DNA of 64,000 nucleotides from Oscillospiraceae bacterium (GCA_963610435.1 CAVDNW010000001.1:47105-111104); one strand, 5' to 3'; positions 26,861 through 36,969 are shown, counted from the first letter of the stretch. Numbers and translations: made by a program. Notes: generated from the sequence alone by a model not told the origin.

Positions 26861-29800
26861 ATTTAGACGACGTTCAGAAACTCTATGGCACCTTGCCCCA
26901 GGCAGGTGCCATGCTTCATTTGCTGGAAGACAGATCGGTGAGAGACGTTTTCCTGCATGGGCTATTGGCCTCTTCCGCCCCCATGCTTTTTGGTGCGGTG
27001 GCCCGGCGTTTGCGCCGCGACGTGGTGTTTGTGTTGGCTGATGCTGATGAGGCAGGCTACTTTTACAATGATCTCAACGGTCAGTCGGCCAGTGGTGCAC
27101 AACCGTCGGAGGCCACGCTCACCCAACCTTATGAACCCCTGTTCTTTCCTTCCAGTTATCGCCGGGCCGTAAAATATGGCCAGCGCGACGCCGCCAACGG
27201 CATTCTGCGCACTGAGGTACTGGCCAAGGTGGCGGCACACGCCTCGTCAGCGACGGCTGTCCCGCATGAGGAACGTCGCCCGCTGTTCATAGTGACCTAT
27301 CCCGAAGCACTGGCCGAGCTGGTCGTGTCGCAGACGCACCTCGATGAGCGGCGCGTGTCGCTGAAGGTACAGCAGACCATCGGCATCACAGATCTGGAGC
27401 ATCGTTTGCGCGATTTGGGCTTCAAGGAGGTCGACTATGTTTATGAACCCGGACAGTTTGCCGTGCGCGGAAGCATACTCGACATCTACTCATTCTCCAG
27501 CGAATTGCCGTTCCGTATCGATTTCTTTGGCGATGAGGTGGATACTATCCGCACGTTTACGGTCGAGGACCAGTTGTCGAAAGACCGCAAGACAGAAATC
27601 GAAATAGTGCCAGAGCTGGCATCGACGGCTACCCAAAAAGTACCCTTCCTGGAGTTTTTGCCCGACGATGCCGTGCTCGCGCTGAAAGACATGGACTTTG
27701 TTCGCGAGACCGTTGAGCGCATCTACAACGAGGGCTTTTCCTCACAGGCACTCACCGAACGTCTCGAAGGGGCTACCGAGATGGAGCAGGAGCAGATACG
27801 CCGCGACATGACACGCGACATGAACCTTTGCCCGTCGGCCCGTTTCATGCGCGATGCCGAGCGTTTCCAACACGTCTTTTTCGGTCCTTCAGTGACCGTC
27901 AGTCAGTCTTCGTCTGACACCAAGACCTTCACGGACAGCCGTGAAAGTGTGCACGTCAGCTTTCACACCACTCCCCAACCCCTGTTCCACAAGAACTTCG
28001 ACCTTCTCCGACAGGCCCTTGAGGACTATCTTCTCCAGGGATACAAAATCTATATTCTGGCTGACAGCGCGAAGCAACATGAGCGCTTGAAAGACATCTT
28101 CGACGAGACGGGTGCCGATCCGGAGCGTTCCGTCTCCAACGCCCAACGCTCGCACATCACGTTTACGCCCGTCGGCAAGACGGTGCACGAGGGATTTGCC
28201 GACAACGACCTGCGAGCCTGTTTCTTCACTGATCACCAGATCTTTGACCGTTTCCACAAGTACAACCTCAAGTCAGACAGTGCCCGGGCAGGCAAGATGG
28301 CCCTCACGATGAAGGAGCTGCAGGAGATGGAACCAGGCGACTACATCGTGCATGTGGACCTCGGCATCGGCAAGTTTGGCGGTTTGGTGCGTGTGCCCAC
28401 GTCCGACGGCACCTATCAGGAGGTCATCCGCATCATCTACCAGAACAATGACAAGGTAGACGTCTCCATCCATTCGCTCTACAAGATATCCAAGTACAGG
28501 CGCAGCGACACTGGCGAGCCGCCCCGCCTGAGCACGCTCGGCACCGGTGCGTGGGAACGCCTGAAGGAGAAGACCAAGAAGAAGATCAAGGATATCGCCC
28601 GGGACCTTATCCGTCTCTACGCCAAGCGCCGCCATGAGAAAGGATACGCCTTCTCGCCCGACAACTTCATGCAGCACGAGCTTGAGGCCAGCTTTCTCTA
28701 TGAAGACACGCCCGACCAGCTCCGCACAACACAGGAGGTGAAAGCCGACATGGAGCGTGCCCAGCCCATGGACCGGCTGGTCTGCGGTGACGTGGGCTTC
28801 GGAAAGACCGAGATAGCGGTGCGTGCCGCGTTCAAGGCCGCATGCGATTCCAAGCAGGTAGCGCTCCTGGTGCCCACCACGGTACTGGCCTACCAGCACT
28901 ACCAGACGTTCCGGTCCCGCCTGAAGGACTTTCCTGTCAGGGTCGATTACCTGTCGCGTGCCCGCTCCGCCAAGCAGACCAAGCAGGTGATGTGTGACCT
29001 GGAGGCGGGAAGGGTGGACATCATCGTGGGTACGCACAAGCTCTTGGGCAAGAACGTGAAATGGCACGACTTGGGACTGCTCATCATCGACGAAGAGCAG
29101 AAATTCGGCGTGTCGACCAAGGAAAAGCTCCGTAAACTGAAGACCAATATCGACACGCTCACCATGTCGGCCACTCCCATCCCGCGCACCTTGCAGTTCT
29201 CTCTCATGGGTGCCCGTGACATGAGCATCATCCGCACCCCGCCCCCCAACCGATATCCCATCCACACTGAGATCTGCACCTTCGAGGGAAGCGTCATCGC
29301 CGATGCCATCAACTTCGAGATGAGCCGCAATGGTCAGGTCTACTTCGTGAGCGACCGCATAGCCGGTCTACAGCACATCGCTGAGGTAATCCACAAATAT
29401 GTGCCCGATGCCCGTGTGGCAATCGGACACGGGCAGATGCCTCCCGAAAAGCTGGAAGAGATTATCATGGGCTTCATCAACTACGATTATGATGTGCTGC
29501 TCTCTACTACCATCGTGGAGAATGGCATCGACATCTCCAACGCCAACACCATCATCATCAACGATGCCCACCACTTCGGCCTCTCCGACCTGCACCAGAT
29601 GCGCGGCCGTGTGGGCCGCAGCAACCGCAAGGCGTTCTGCTACCTCATGGCACCACCCCGTAGCGTGCTCACGCCCGAGGCCCGACGGCGCCTTGAGGCT
29701 TTGGAAACCTTCTCCGAATTGGGCAGCGGATTCAATCTGGCCATGCAAGACCTTGACATCCGTGGAGCAGGCAACCTCTTGGGCGCAGAACAGAGCGGAT

Positions 29801-30393
29801 TCATGGAGGACTTGGGATATGAGACCTACCAGAAGATACTTAACCAGGCCGTGACAGAGCTGAAGAACGATGAGTTCTCTGACATTTACGCCCAAGACAT
29901 CGCCCAGGGCAAGGAGGTGACGGGCGATGAGTTTGTGGAGGACTGTGCGGTCGACAGCGACCTGCAGATGTATTTCCCCGAGACCTATGTCCCCGGAAGC
30001 GCAGAGCGCATGCTGCTCTACCGCGAGCTCGACAGCATCGACCGCGACGAGGCGCTCGATGCCTACCGCAAACGGTTGGAAGACCGCTTCGGACCTGTGC
30101 CACAAGAGGGTGAGGAACTGATGCAGGTGGTGACGCTCCGGCGTGTAGGCAAGCGGCTGGGCTGCGAGAAAATCGTATTGCGCCACGGCCTTATGAACCT
30201 TCAGTTTGTCTCCCGGCAAGACAGTCCGTTCTATCAGAGCAAGGCTTTCGGCCGCATCATACACTACGTGATGGACAACCCCCGCCGTTGCCAGTTCAAG
30301 GATACGCATGGTCATCGCCTCATTCAGGTGAAGGAGGTGCCCTCAGTGGCCGACGGCGTGGCCCTGCTTCGCCAAATGGAAAAACAAGAATGA
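26827..30393 (+). CDS. mfd: transcription-repair coupling factor
   Basis: About 1160-1188 aa. Has a UvrB-homology N-terminus, a CarD-like domain (GDYIVHVDLGIGKFGGL), helicase motifs GDVGFGKTE, DEEQKFG and QMRGRVGRS, and a TRCF C-terminus. The true start is uncertain (TTG 26857 or ATG 26911); the track ORF overlaps the GT2 end. Confidence 0.9.
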   Translation: MVPQLSKDKELNLDDVQKLYGTLPQAGAMLHLLEDRSVRDVFLHGLLASSAPMLFGAVARRLRRDVVFVLADADEAGYFYNDLNGQSASGAQPSEATLTQPYEPLFFPSSYRRAVKYGQRDAANGILRTEVLAKVAAHASSATAVPHEERRPLFIVTYPEALAELVVSQTHLDERRVSLKVQQTIGITDLEHRLRDLGFKEVDYVYEPGQFAVRGSILDIYSFSSELPFRIDFFGDEVDTIRTFTVEDQLSKDRKTEIEIVPELASTATQKVPFLEFLPDDAVLALKDMDFVRETVERIYNEGFSSQALTERLEGATEMEQEQIRRDMTRDMNLCPSARFMRDAERFQHVFFGPSVTVSQSSSDTKTFTDSRESVHVSFHTTPQPLFHKNFDLLRQALEDYLLQGYKIYILADSAKQHERLKDIFDETGADPERSVSNAQRSHITFTPVGKTVHEGFADNDLRACFFTDHQIFDRFHKYNLKSDSARAGKMALTMKELQEMEPGDYIVHVDLGIGKFGGLVRVPTSDGTYQEVIRIIYQNNDKVDVSIHSLYKISKYRRSDTGEPPRLSTLGTGAWERLKEKTKKKIKDIARDLIRLYAKRRHEKGYAFSPDNFMQHELEASFLYEDTPDQLRTTQEVKADMERAQPMDRLVCGDVGFGKTEIAVRAAFKAACDSKQVALLVPTTVLAYQHYQTFRSRLKDFPVRVDYLSRARSAKQTKQVMCDLEAGRVDIIVGTHKLLGKNVKWHDLGLLIIDEEQKFGVSTKEKLRKLKTNIDTLTMSATPIPRTLQFSLMGARDMSIIRTPPPNRYPIHTEICTFEGSVIADAINFEMSRNGQVYFVSDRIAGLQHIAEVIHKYVPDARVAIGHGQMPPEKLEEIIMGFINYDYDVLLSTTIVENGIDISNANTIIINDAHHFGLSDLHQMRGRVGRSNRKAFCYLMAPPRSVLTPEARRRLEALETFSELGSGFNLAMQDLDIRGAGNLLGAEQSGFMEDLGYETYQKILNQAVTELKNDEFSDIYAQDIAQGKEVTGDEFVEDCAVDSDLQMYFPETYVPGSAERMLLYRELDSIDRDEALDAYRKRLEDRFGPVPQEGEELMQVVTLRRVGKRLGCEKIVLRHGLMNLQFVSRQDSPFYQSKAFGRIIHYVMDNPRRCQFKDTHGHRLIQVKEVPSVADGVALLRQMEKQE

Positions 30394-30398
30394 ACACA

Positions 30399-30433
30399 GG
30401 CCCTGCGGCTATGGCAGCCGCAGGGCCTTTTTT
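30399..30433 (+). terminator. rho-independent terminator of mfd
   Basis: ggccctgcggc (30399-30409) pairs with gccgcagggcc (30417-30427), then TTTTTT. Confidence 0.8.
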
Positions 30434-30448
30434 AAACCATCCATCGTT

Positions 30449-31873
30449 ATGGACATACTTCTGACGGTTGTCATTTATTTCTTTGCGTTGTTTGTCGTGA
30501 GCCGGCTCACCACCCGGCACTCGAGCAACGACGCTTTCTATCGGGCCAACCGGTGCTCGCCCTGGTATATGGTGGCGTTCGGCATGGTGGGGGCGTCCAT
30601 CTCGGGTGTCACCTTCGTGTCTGTGCCCGGCATGGTGTTGAAGACGCAGATGACCTATATGCAGACCTGTTTGGGCTTCATAGTGGGATATTTTGCCGTG
30701 GCGTTTCTCTTGCTGCCCGTCTACTACAAGTTGAACCTGACCACCATCTACACCTATCTGGGCCGCCGTCTTGGACGAAGGTCCTACAAGACGGGCGCAT
30801 GGTTCTTTCTCGTGTCGAAGATGACGGGGGCCGCAGTGCGTTTCTATGTGGTCTGCATCATTCTGCAGCGTTTCGTGCTCGACGGTTGGGGTGTTCCCTT
30901 TCCGCTGACGGTGGTCGTCATGGTGGCGCTCATCTGGCTCTACACCCGTCGGGGAGGTGTGAAGACGTTGGTCTGGACCGACACCTTTCAGACCCTTTGC
31001 ATGTTTGCCGCGCTGCTGCTCATCATCATCCATGTGGTGGAAGCCCTGGGTATGACGGTGCCTGAGGCGCTCTCGGCCGTGGCAGCCGACAGCCATTCGC
31101 GGATGTTTGTGATGGACGACTGGGTGTCGAAGCAGAACTTCTGGAAGCAGTTTCTCAGTGGCGTGTTCATCGTGATTGTGATGACGGGCCTCGACCAGGA
31201 CATGATGCAGAAGAATCTGACGTGCAAGACTTTGCGTGAGGCGCAGAAAGACATGTGTACCTATGGGTTCGCCTTTGTGCCGGCCAACCTGCTGTTCATG
31301 TGCCTGGGCGTGTTGCTGGTGCTTTTGGCGCAGCGTCAGGGCGTGGCGCTTCCTTCGTCGGGCGATGAGCTGCTGCCGCTCTTTGCCGCTACAGGGCGGC
31401 TGGGATCGGCGGTGGTGGTGCTCTTCACGGTGGGCATCGTGGCCGCCTCGTTCAGCAGTGCCGACTCTGCGCTGACCTCGCTTACCACCAGTTATTGCGT
31501 CGACATCTGCGGACGCCATGACGACGAACGTCTCCGCAAACGGGCCCATGTGGGCGTGGCGGTGGTCTTCGTCTTGTTTATCCTGGCCTTCCGTGCCATC
31601 AATTCCACCAGCGTCATCGATGCCATCTACATCCTTTGTTCTTACACCTATGGTCCGTTGCTGGGTCTGTTCGCCTATGGTCTGCTCACAAAAAGAGGCG
31701 TCAACGACCGGGTCGTGCCCTATGTCGCTGTCGCCTCTCCTGTGTTGTGCTATGTGCTCAATGATGTCGTGGGTCGCACCACGGGCTATCAGTTTGGCTA
31801 TGAGCTGCTGATGCTCAACGGCTCACTGACCTTCGCGGGACTGTGGATGAGCCGGTGGGCCAAACGGCGCTGA
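30449..31873 (+). CDS. sodium:solute symporter family transporter
   Basis: 474 aa, about 12-13 TM helices, SSF-like N-terminus (FYRANRCSPWYMVAFGMVGASISGVTFVSVPG). Confidence 0.8.
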   Translation: MDILLTVVIYFFALFVVSRLTTRHSSNDAFYRANRCSPWYMVAFGMVGASISGVTFVSVPGMVLKTQMTYMQTCLGFIVGYFAVAFLLLPVYYKLNLTTIYTYLGRRLGRRSYKTGAWFFLVSKMTGAAVRFYVVCIILQRFVLDGWGVPFPLTVVVMVALIWLYTRRGGVKTLVWTDTFQTLCMFAALLLIIIHVVEALGMTVPEALSAVAADSHSRMFVMDDWVSKQNFWKQFLSGVFIVIVMTGLDQDMMQKNLTCKTLREAQKDMCTYGFAFVPANLLFMCLGVLLVLLAQRQGVALPSSGDELLPLFAATGRLGSAVVVLFTVGIVAASFSSADSALTSLTTSYCVDICGRHDDERLRKRAHVGVAVVFVLFILAFRAINSTSVIDAIYILCSYTYGPLLGLFAYGLLTKRGVNDRVVPYVAVASPVLCYVLNDVVGRTTGYQFGYELLMLNGSLTFAGLWMSRWAKRR

Positions 31874-31882
31874 CCGTCTGGG

Positions 31883-32812
31883 CTATCGGTTGAGGAACCA
31901 CTCGGCCTCCAGGGCTGCCTTGCAGCCCGATGCTGCGGCCACGATGGCCTGCCGGTAGGACGGGTCGGCGCAGTCGCCGGCCGCAAAGACCCCCGCCACA
32001 CTGGTGCGTGGCGATGCGCCCTCAGTCTTGATGTATCCCACCTCGTCCATGTCTACCTTGCCTCGGAAGATGTCGGTGTTGGGCTTGTGGCCGATGGCCA
32101 GGAAGAAACCGTCGATGGGCAGGTCGTACTGCTTCTCGTCTGCTTCGCCCTTGCGCCATACCACATGGGCTCCCTCCACGCCGTTGTCACCATAGAGGCC
32201 CTGTGTGTTGGTCTCGTAGAGTATTTCGATTTTTGGATTTTCTTCCACACGCTTGCGCATGATGTCAGATGCGCGCAGGTAGGGCTTGCGCACGATCATG
32301 TATACCTTCTTGCACAGTCCGGCCAGATAGGTGGCCTCCTCGCAGGCTGTGTCGCCGCCGCCCACGACGGCCACCACTTTCTTGCGATAGAAAAATCCGT
32401 CGCAGGTGGCGCAGGCCGAGACGCCCTGTCCGTTGTATTTCTTCTCGTCGGCCAGTCCCAGGTACTTGGCTGAGGCGCCTGTGGCGATGATGATGGTGTC
32501 TGCCTCTACCTGGTCGCCGCGGTCGGTGGTGACCACATAGGGACGCTTCGTGAGGTCAACGTCGGTGATGATGCCGTCGCGTATGTCGGCACCGAAGCGC
32601 TCTGCCTGCTGCCTGATTTCCATCATCATCTGGTTGGCGTCGATGCCTTCAGGGTATCCGGGGAAGTTCTCTACGATGGTGGTCTGGGTCAGTTGGCCGC
32701 CTGTCTGTATGCCACAATACTCGATGGGGCTGAGGTTGGCCCGTCCGGCATAGATGGCTGCCGTGTATCCGGCGGGGCCGCTGCCGATGATAAGACACTT
32801 GGTGTGTTCCAT
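31883..32812 (-). CDS. trxB: thioredoxin-disulfide reductase
   Basis: 309 aa with GSGPAGYTAA, redox CATCDG and GGGDTACEEA motifs. Confidence 0.95.
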   Translation of the reverse strand: MEHTKCLIIGSGPAGYTAAIYAGRANLSPIEYCGIQTGGQLTQTTIVENFPGYPEGIDANQMMMEIRQQAERFGADIRDGIITDVDLTKRPYVVTTDRGDQVEADTIIIATGASAKYLGLADEKKYNGQGVSACATCDGFFYRKKVVAVVGGGDTACEEATYLAGLCKKVYMIVRKPYLRASDIMRKRVEENPKIEILYETNTQGLYGDNGVEGAHVVWRKGEADEKQYDLPIDGFFLAIGHKPNTDIFRGKVDMDEVGYIKTEGASPRTSVAGVFAAGDCADPSYRQAIVAAASGCKAALEAEWFLNR

Positions 32813-32838
32813 GTTCTTTAGGGATAGGCGGTTGATGG

Positions 32839-33390
32839 TTAGGCCAGGAGCTCCTCTATGTCCTTGGCGATATTCTCGATATTCTCGGTGGGCTCATAGC
32901 GCTTCACGACCTGTCCCTTCTTGTTGACGAGGAACTTGGTGAAGTTCCACTTGATGTCGGGCGTATCGCGCCAGTCGGGTGTGGCCTTGTCGAGCAGGTC
33001 CACCAGCACGGGAGCTGTCGGATGGGTCATGTCGAAGCCTGCAAAGCCCTTCTGCTCCTTGAGAAACTGGAACAGGGGGTCGGCGTCGGGACCGTTGACC
33101 TTTACCTTCTTGAACCGTGGGAATTCGGTGCCGTAGGTGAGCTTGCAGAACTCGTGGATCTTTTCGTCGGTGCCCGGCGCCTGTTGGCCAAACTGGTTGC
33201 AGGGGAAATCGAGAATCTCGAATCCTTGTGAGTGATACTTCTCATAGAGCGCCTCCAGCTCCGTGTAGGTGGGGGTGAAACCGCACTTTGTGGCAGTGTT
33301 GACAATGAGGAGCACCTCATTGGAATATTCCTTGAGTGAAACGTTGCCACCTTTGCGGTCTTTGACCGAAAACTCGTAAACAGTTCTCAT
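32839..33390 (-). CDS. glutathione peroxidase
   Basis: 183 aa with LIVNTATKCGFT and FPCNQFGQQAPG motifs. Confidence 0.9.
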   Translation of the reverse strand: MRTVYEFSVKDRKGGNVSLKEYSNEVLLIVNTATKCGFTPTYTELEALYEKYHSQGFEILDFPCNQFGQQAPGTDEKIHEFCKLTYGTEFPRFKKVKVNGPDADPLFQFLKEQKGFAGFDMTHPTAPVLVDLLDKATPDWRDTPDIKWNFTKFLVNKKGQVVKRYEPTENIENIAKDIEELLA

Positions 33391-33613
33391 TTTTTGTTTT
33401 GTTGGTTTGTTATGTTGTGAAATTTGTATGCAAAAATACGAAAATAGGAGGAGAATAAAGTTTTTGCGGTGATGGTTTTTTCAAGAATTAATGATATTTA
33501 TGGATGCAAACCATGAGTGTGTGCCACTGCGTAGGCGTGTTTCCCCATTACGGGATAGGGATTTTCCCCGCAAGAATAGGAACATGACGCTTGCAGGAGC
33601 GGAGAAGAATGAC

Positions 33614-33621
33614 TATTTTTG
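33614..33621 (+). promoter_or_regulatory. -7 promoter box TATTTTTG
   Basis: TAnnTTTG match 38 nt upstream of ATG 33659. Confidence 0.5.
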
Positions 33622-33658
33622 CAGTAGAGAACATTAAAAACACTTAAAGGCCGTGATT

Positions 33659-34216
33659 ATGAAAAAGATTTCTACCCTGATAACGATGACTTTTGTGGCC
33701 TTGATGGCCTTGTCGCTCACCTCGTGTGACGAGGATTCGGGCATAGCCTATACGCTCGAGGGCACCTGGCGGGGCAACATGTATGTCAGTTCTGCCTACA
33801 ACGGGCGCACTTACAATGCCACTTACACGGAGTTGTGCTTCCTGCGCGACCCCTTTCGCTTCAGTTCGGGCAAGGGCTACTGGATAGACCACTAGGCCAG
33901 TGATGCTCCCTGGCGATACGTGGCCAACCACACGGAGTGGACCGTGCGCAACGGCGTGATCCGCATTTATCTGGTGGAGGAGGACAGCTATGTGGAGATA
34001 GCCAACTATAGTCTTGACGACAACTACTTTGACGGCAGCATCTTCTATGGCAACACGGTGGTCGACTTCCAGATGAACCACGTGTCGTCGCCCAACTGGA
34101 ACAACTACTACTATGGTTATGACTACTGGATCGGCTACTACGCCAAGCCTGCCGACGCGACACGCTCGGTAAATGATGGCGACCGTCCGGTGAGGATCTT
34201 CGGAAACGGCAAGTGA
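33659..34216 (+). pseudogene. lipoprotein gene interrupted by an in-frame TAG (33893-33895); paralog of the next gene
   Basis: Track ORFs 33653-33895 and 33920-34216 are in the same frame. The read-through sequence ...GKGYWIDH*ASDAPWRYVANHTEWTVRNGVIRIYL... aligns across the stop with the downstream paralog (GTGTQYDYEI...FTRNFTWYIDPNNGTIYL). Lipobox is MALSLTSC. Confidence 0.6.
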
Positions 34217-34263
34217 GCGGGCGGAGATGGAGTGAAACAAAAACGACAAGGAATTTTTAAAAC

Positions 34264-34935
34264 ATGAGACGAAATATGAAAACAATGAAGATGATGTGGG
34301 CTCTGCTGCTCCTGGCAGTGCCCGTGATGTTGACAAGTTGTGACGATAGAGACCCCTACTGGTATGACCATTACGACTATGGTGGGAACTACCGTGGCGA
34401 CGACCAGCACGGCAATACCGACGATGAGGATTTCTGTGTCAGCATGGCACAGACATTGGCCGGACAATGGCGCGGAGAGCTCGTGGCTTATGAGCTCGAC
34501 ACGGCCGGTGTGGTTCTGGACAGCCTTCTCTACAGCACCGACATCGAGTTCAAGCAGTATAACAGCAAGAGCATCAGCGGCACGGGAACGCAGTATGACT
34601 ATGAGATTACCACCGATGCCGAGGGCAAACAGCACATTGCTGTGGAGCCCTTCACGCGGAACTTCACATGGTATATCGATCCCAACAATGGTACCATCTA
34701 CTTGACCTATAAGGAACAGCACAGTGACGGCACGACGAACGACTACGTGATGACGATTGCCTATGACGACCTGAACCTTAACGACCGCACGTTCACAGGA
34801 TATCTTTGGTCGGCCGACGGGGCAGAGGTAGACGATTTCTGGTTCGACCGATATACGGGCGAAAGCAATGCGAAGAGTGCACAGCCCGCGGCCGATGACC
34901 ACAAGGTGGTGAAGTTGAAGCTCGTGATGCGCTGA
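34264..34935 (+). CDS. lipoprotein of unknown function (intact paralog)
   Basis: 223 aa. Lipobox VMLTSCDD. Shares LxGxWRGxxxx, W.I/V..NG.I.L and the DDxNxxDxxFxG block with 33659-34216. Confidence 0.65.
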   Translation: MRRNMKTMKMMWALLLLAVPVMLTSCDDRDPYWYDHYDYGGNYRGDDQHGNTDDEDFCVSMAQTLAGQWRGELVAYELDTAGVVLDSLLYSTDIEFKQYNSKSISGTGTQYDYEITTDAEGKQHIAVEPFTRNFTWYIDPNNGTIYLTYKEQHSDGTTNDYVMTIAYDDLNLNDRTFTGYLWSADGAEVDDFWFDRYTGESNAKSAQPAADDHKVVKLKLVMR

Positions 34936-34960
34936 CATCTGGCAAAGACCACAACCCGGA

Positions 34961-34997
34961 GCGGGGCTCAAGGAGGCAATGCCTTCTTGAGCCCCGC
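34961..34997 (+). terminator. hairpin terminator after the lipoprotein pair
   Basis: gcggggctcaag (34961-34972) pairs with cttgagccccgc (34986-34997), then TTT. Confidence 0.65.
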
Positions 34998-35159
34998 TTT
35001 CGTGTAGTCTGTCATGTCTTTGTTGCTGACCAATTCGCCGGGGAAATCCCCCGCAGTAAAAATACGGAAAAACGCATTGCGCATGGTTGCCTGAAAAACC
35101 ATGCATGTTTTGGCCCCAACTTTTTTGTATAAACTGATGCGTAATTCGCCTTTTTTATG

Positions 35160-35167
35160 TAAGTTTG
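35160..35167 (+). promoter_or_regulatory. -7 promoter box TAAGTTTG (AraC-type regulator)
   Basis: TAnnTTTG match 30 nt upstream of ATG 35197. Confidence 0.5.
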
Positions 35168-35196
35168 CAATTGGGTAGACTGTGCCCTCCTCATTT

Positions 35197-36345
35197 ATGC
35201 TGATATTTCTGTATAACCTCCTGACCGCCTACATTATTCCAGGCATGATGCTTGCCTACGGAATCTGCCTTTTCTGCCTTTCCATTCCTGAAAGGGAAAA
35301 GCTCAAGAACTATGTGTTCGCCCGAAAGGTGATGGGGGCAACATTTCTTGTCTATTGTGTGGCACTCATCTGCGAGGCCGTGACGCGCGAACCGTTCTCG
35401 GGCGACTTGCTCAACAGTATGATTGTGATAGCCATCGCTGTGACCCAGGCTTTTCTTTTCACCTTCTCGCTCATTTCGCTGCTCGACACCGACACGATAA
35501 CCAAGCGCTTGGCTGTGCGTGAGACTTCGTTTGTGGCGACCGGCCTTGTGGCAGCCTTCGTTGCGTTTGCGTTCTGTCCGCAGGGTTGCCGCCTTCTGGT
35601 CTTCACATGCTTCTCGCTTGTCTACATGATGCAGATGATGCGCTATGTGGTCATTTTTCGCCGCTATCACAGACGCTATCTCCTGTTGATGGACAACTAT
35701 TTCTCGGACGATGAGCGCCAACGGCTCCACTGGGTGCCGGTGGCCTTCTATAGTGCGCTGGGTGTAGGCATTGTGGCCCTGTTGTTCGCTTGGCTGATAA
35801 CGCCGTTCACACAGTTGCTGTTCATGCTCTCGGCCACGGTCTATTACTCAGTGTTTGCTGTGAGGTTCATCAACTATGTGGACGTGTTTCCCAAAATCAA
35901 GGAACCGCTCAAAGACCACGTCATGGAAGCGACCGTTGGTTGTGGCGAAGAGTCGGACGTGGAGCCGGGAAGTCAGACGGCTACGGAGGAGCCGACGGCA
36001 GATGACGAGGCTCTGATGAGGCAAATTGAACAACAGGTGCGAGAACGGTCCCTGTTCAAGGCCCCCGACTTGTCGATAGCCCATGTGGCTGCCCTTATCG
36101 GCAAAAGCCACCGCCTCGTCTCGCTGGCCATCAATCATTGTCGTGGAGTCAATTTCAAGACCTATATCAACGAGTATCGCGTGGCCGAGGCTGTCAGGCT
36201 CATTGAGGAGGGGTGGCTCAGGCAGCACACGCTCGACTCCCTTGCCTCAGAAACGGGTTTCGCAAGCAGGGTGAACCTCTATCGTGCATTCAAACGTAAG
36301 ACGGGTGTGGCGCCAACCGACTGGGAGGCGAGAGAGAAACCGTGA
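35197..36345 (+). CDS. membrane-embedded AraC-family transcriptional regulator (about 7 TM helices + C-terminal HTH)
   Basis: The N-terminal 230 aa are hydrophobic helices. After an acidic linker comes the AraC HTH pair (LSIAHVAALIGKSHRLVSLAINHCRGVNFKTYINEYRVAEAVRLI...LASETGFASRVNLYRAFKRKTGVAPTDW). The track ORF starts at GTG 35182. Confidence 0.8.
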   Translation: MLIFLYNLLTAYIIPGMMLAYGICLFCLSIPEREKLKNYVFARKVMGATFLVYCVALICEAVTREPFSGDLLNSMIVIAIAVTQAFLFTFSLISLLDTDTITKRLAVRETSFVATGLVAAFVAFAFCPQGCRLLVFTCFSLVYMMQMMRYVVIFRRYHRRYLLLMDNYFSDDERQRLHWVPVAFYSALGVGIVALLFAWLITPFTQLLFMLSATVYYSVFAVRFINYVDVFPKIKEPLKDHVMEATVGCGEESDVEPGSQTATEEPTADDEALMRQIEQQVRERSLFKAPDLSIAHVAALIGKSHRLVSLAINHCRGVNFKTYINEYRVAEAVRLIEEGWLRQHTLDSLASETGFASRVNLYRAFKRKTGVAPTDWEAREKP

Positions 36346-36544
36346 CTTTCCGCTGCTATGGATGTGAAAACTCTACAAGAAAACGGACAATGTATATAGG
36401 AAAACGTGCATTGTTTCCGACGGAGAAATATTTTGGTGGAAATACGCAAAAATACAGCAGCTTTTATAGCTCGGTGATAATTACGCTGTTATAGGAACTT
36501 GAGTTTTGTTTCACCCGAAAAGCAAACATTTTTCACGAAAGAAC

Positions 36545-36635
36545 ACGGTCTATCGCGTTACGAAAGACGGTGTTTTACGTTGCGATAGATACCTGATTGC
36601 GCCATGATAGACGGTCTATCGTAACATAAAACACC
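36545..36635. repeat. nested inverted/direct repeat cluster built on CGATAGA heptamers
   Basis: The 21-nt arm ggtgttttacgttgcgataga (36569-36589) and tctatcgtaacataaaacacc (36615-36635) are reverse complements with 2 mismatches. There is an 11-nt direct repeat acggtctatcg at 36545-36555 and 36611-36621, and a palindrome gatagacNgtctatc at 36606-20. The heptamer (C/T)GATAGA occurs 4 times in alternating orientation. Confidence 0.8.
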
Positions 36636-36961
36636 CTTTACCGCAAAGTTACCCTACGTAAATCTTCGGGCGATGAGTCCGGAACGTCATTTTTGAGCTC
36701 TATTTCAATCGAAATCGGTGATCAACTTTTTGACCAAAATACCTGACAACGCAAGCAGCGCGAACACTTGCCTTGAAAACAAGGAAAGAAGGCTCTCCCC
36801 TTGGCGGAAGGCACGAAGGCGGCTTGACGGCTTCGTGTCCCGAATTGAGGTTGCTGCTCTGTCCTGGTTGTTAACCGATGGAATGGTGGCTTTTGGTTAC
36901 ATTTTACGTTTTATGTAACCACCAGATTGTTTTTCCCGCTTAAGAATTCTTAGTATTCGTT

Positions 36962-36969
36962 TAAATTTG
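36962..36969 (+). promoter_or_regulatory. -7 promoter box TAAATTTG (giant gene)
   Basis: TAnnTTTG match 90 nt upstream of ATG 37059. Confidence 0.45.

Noticed and set aside
33555-33568. The 14-nt string ATAGGGATTTTCCC (core palindrome GGGA-N3-TCCC) also occurs on the minus strand at 58559-58572. Each copy lies about 90-110 nt upstream of a secreted-protein gene.
   Set aside because: By rough estimate, a shared 14-mer is expected by chance several times when both strands of 64 kb are compared. Even restricted to intergenic DNA the coincidence is only marginal (expectation of order 0.2). It would need a genome-wide motif search before being called a site.
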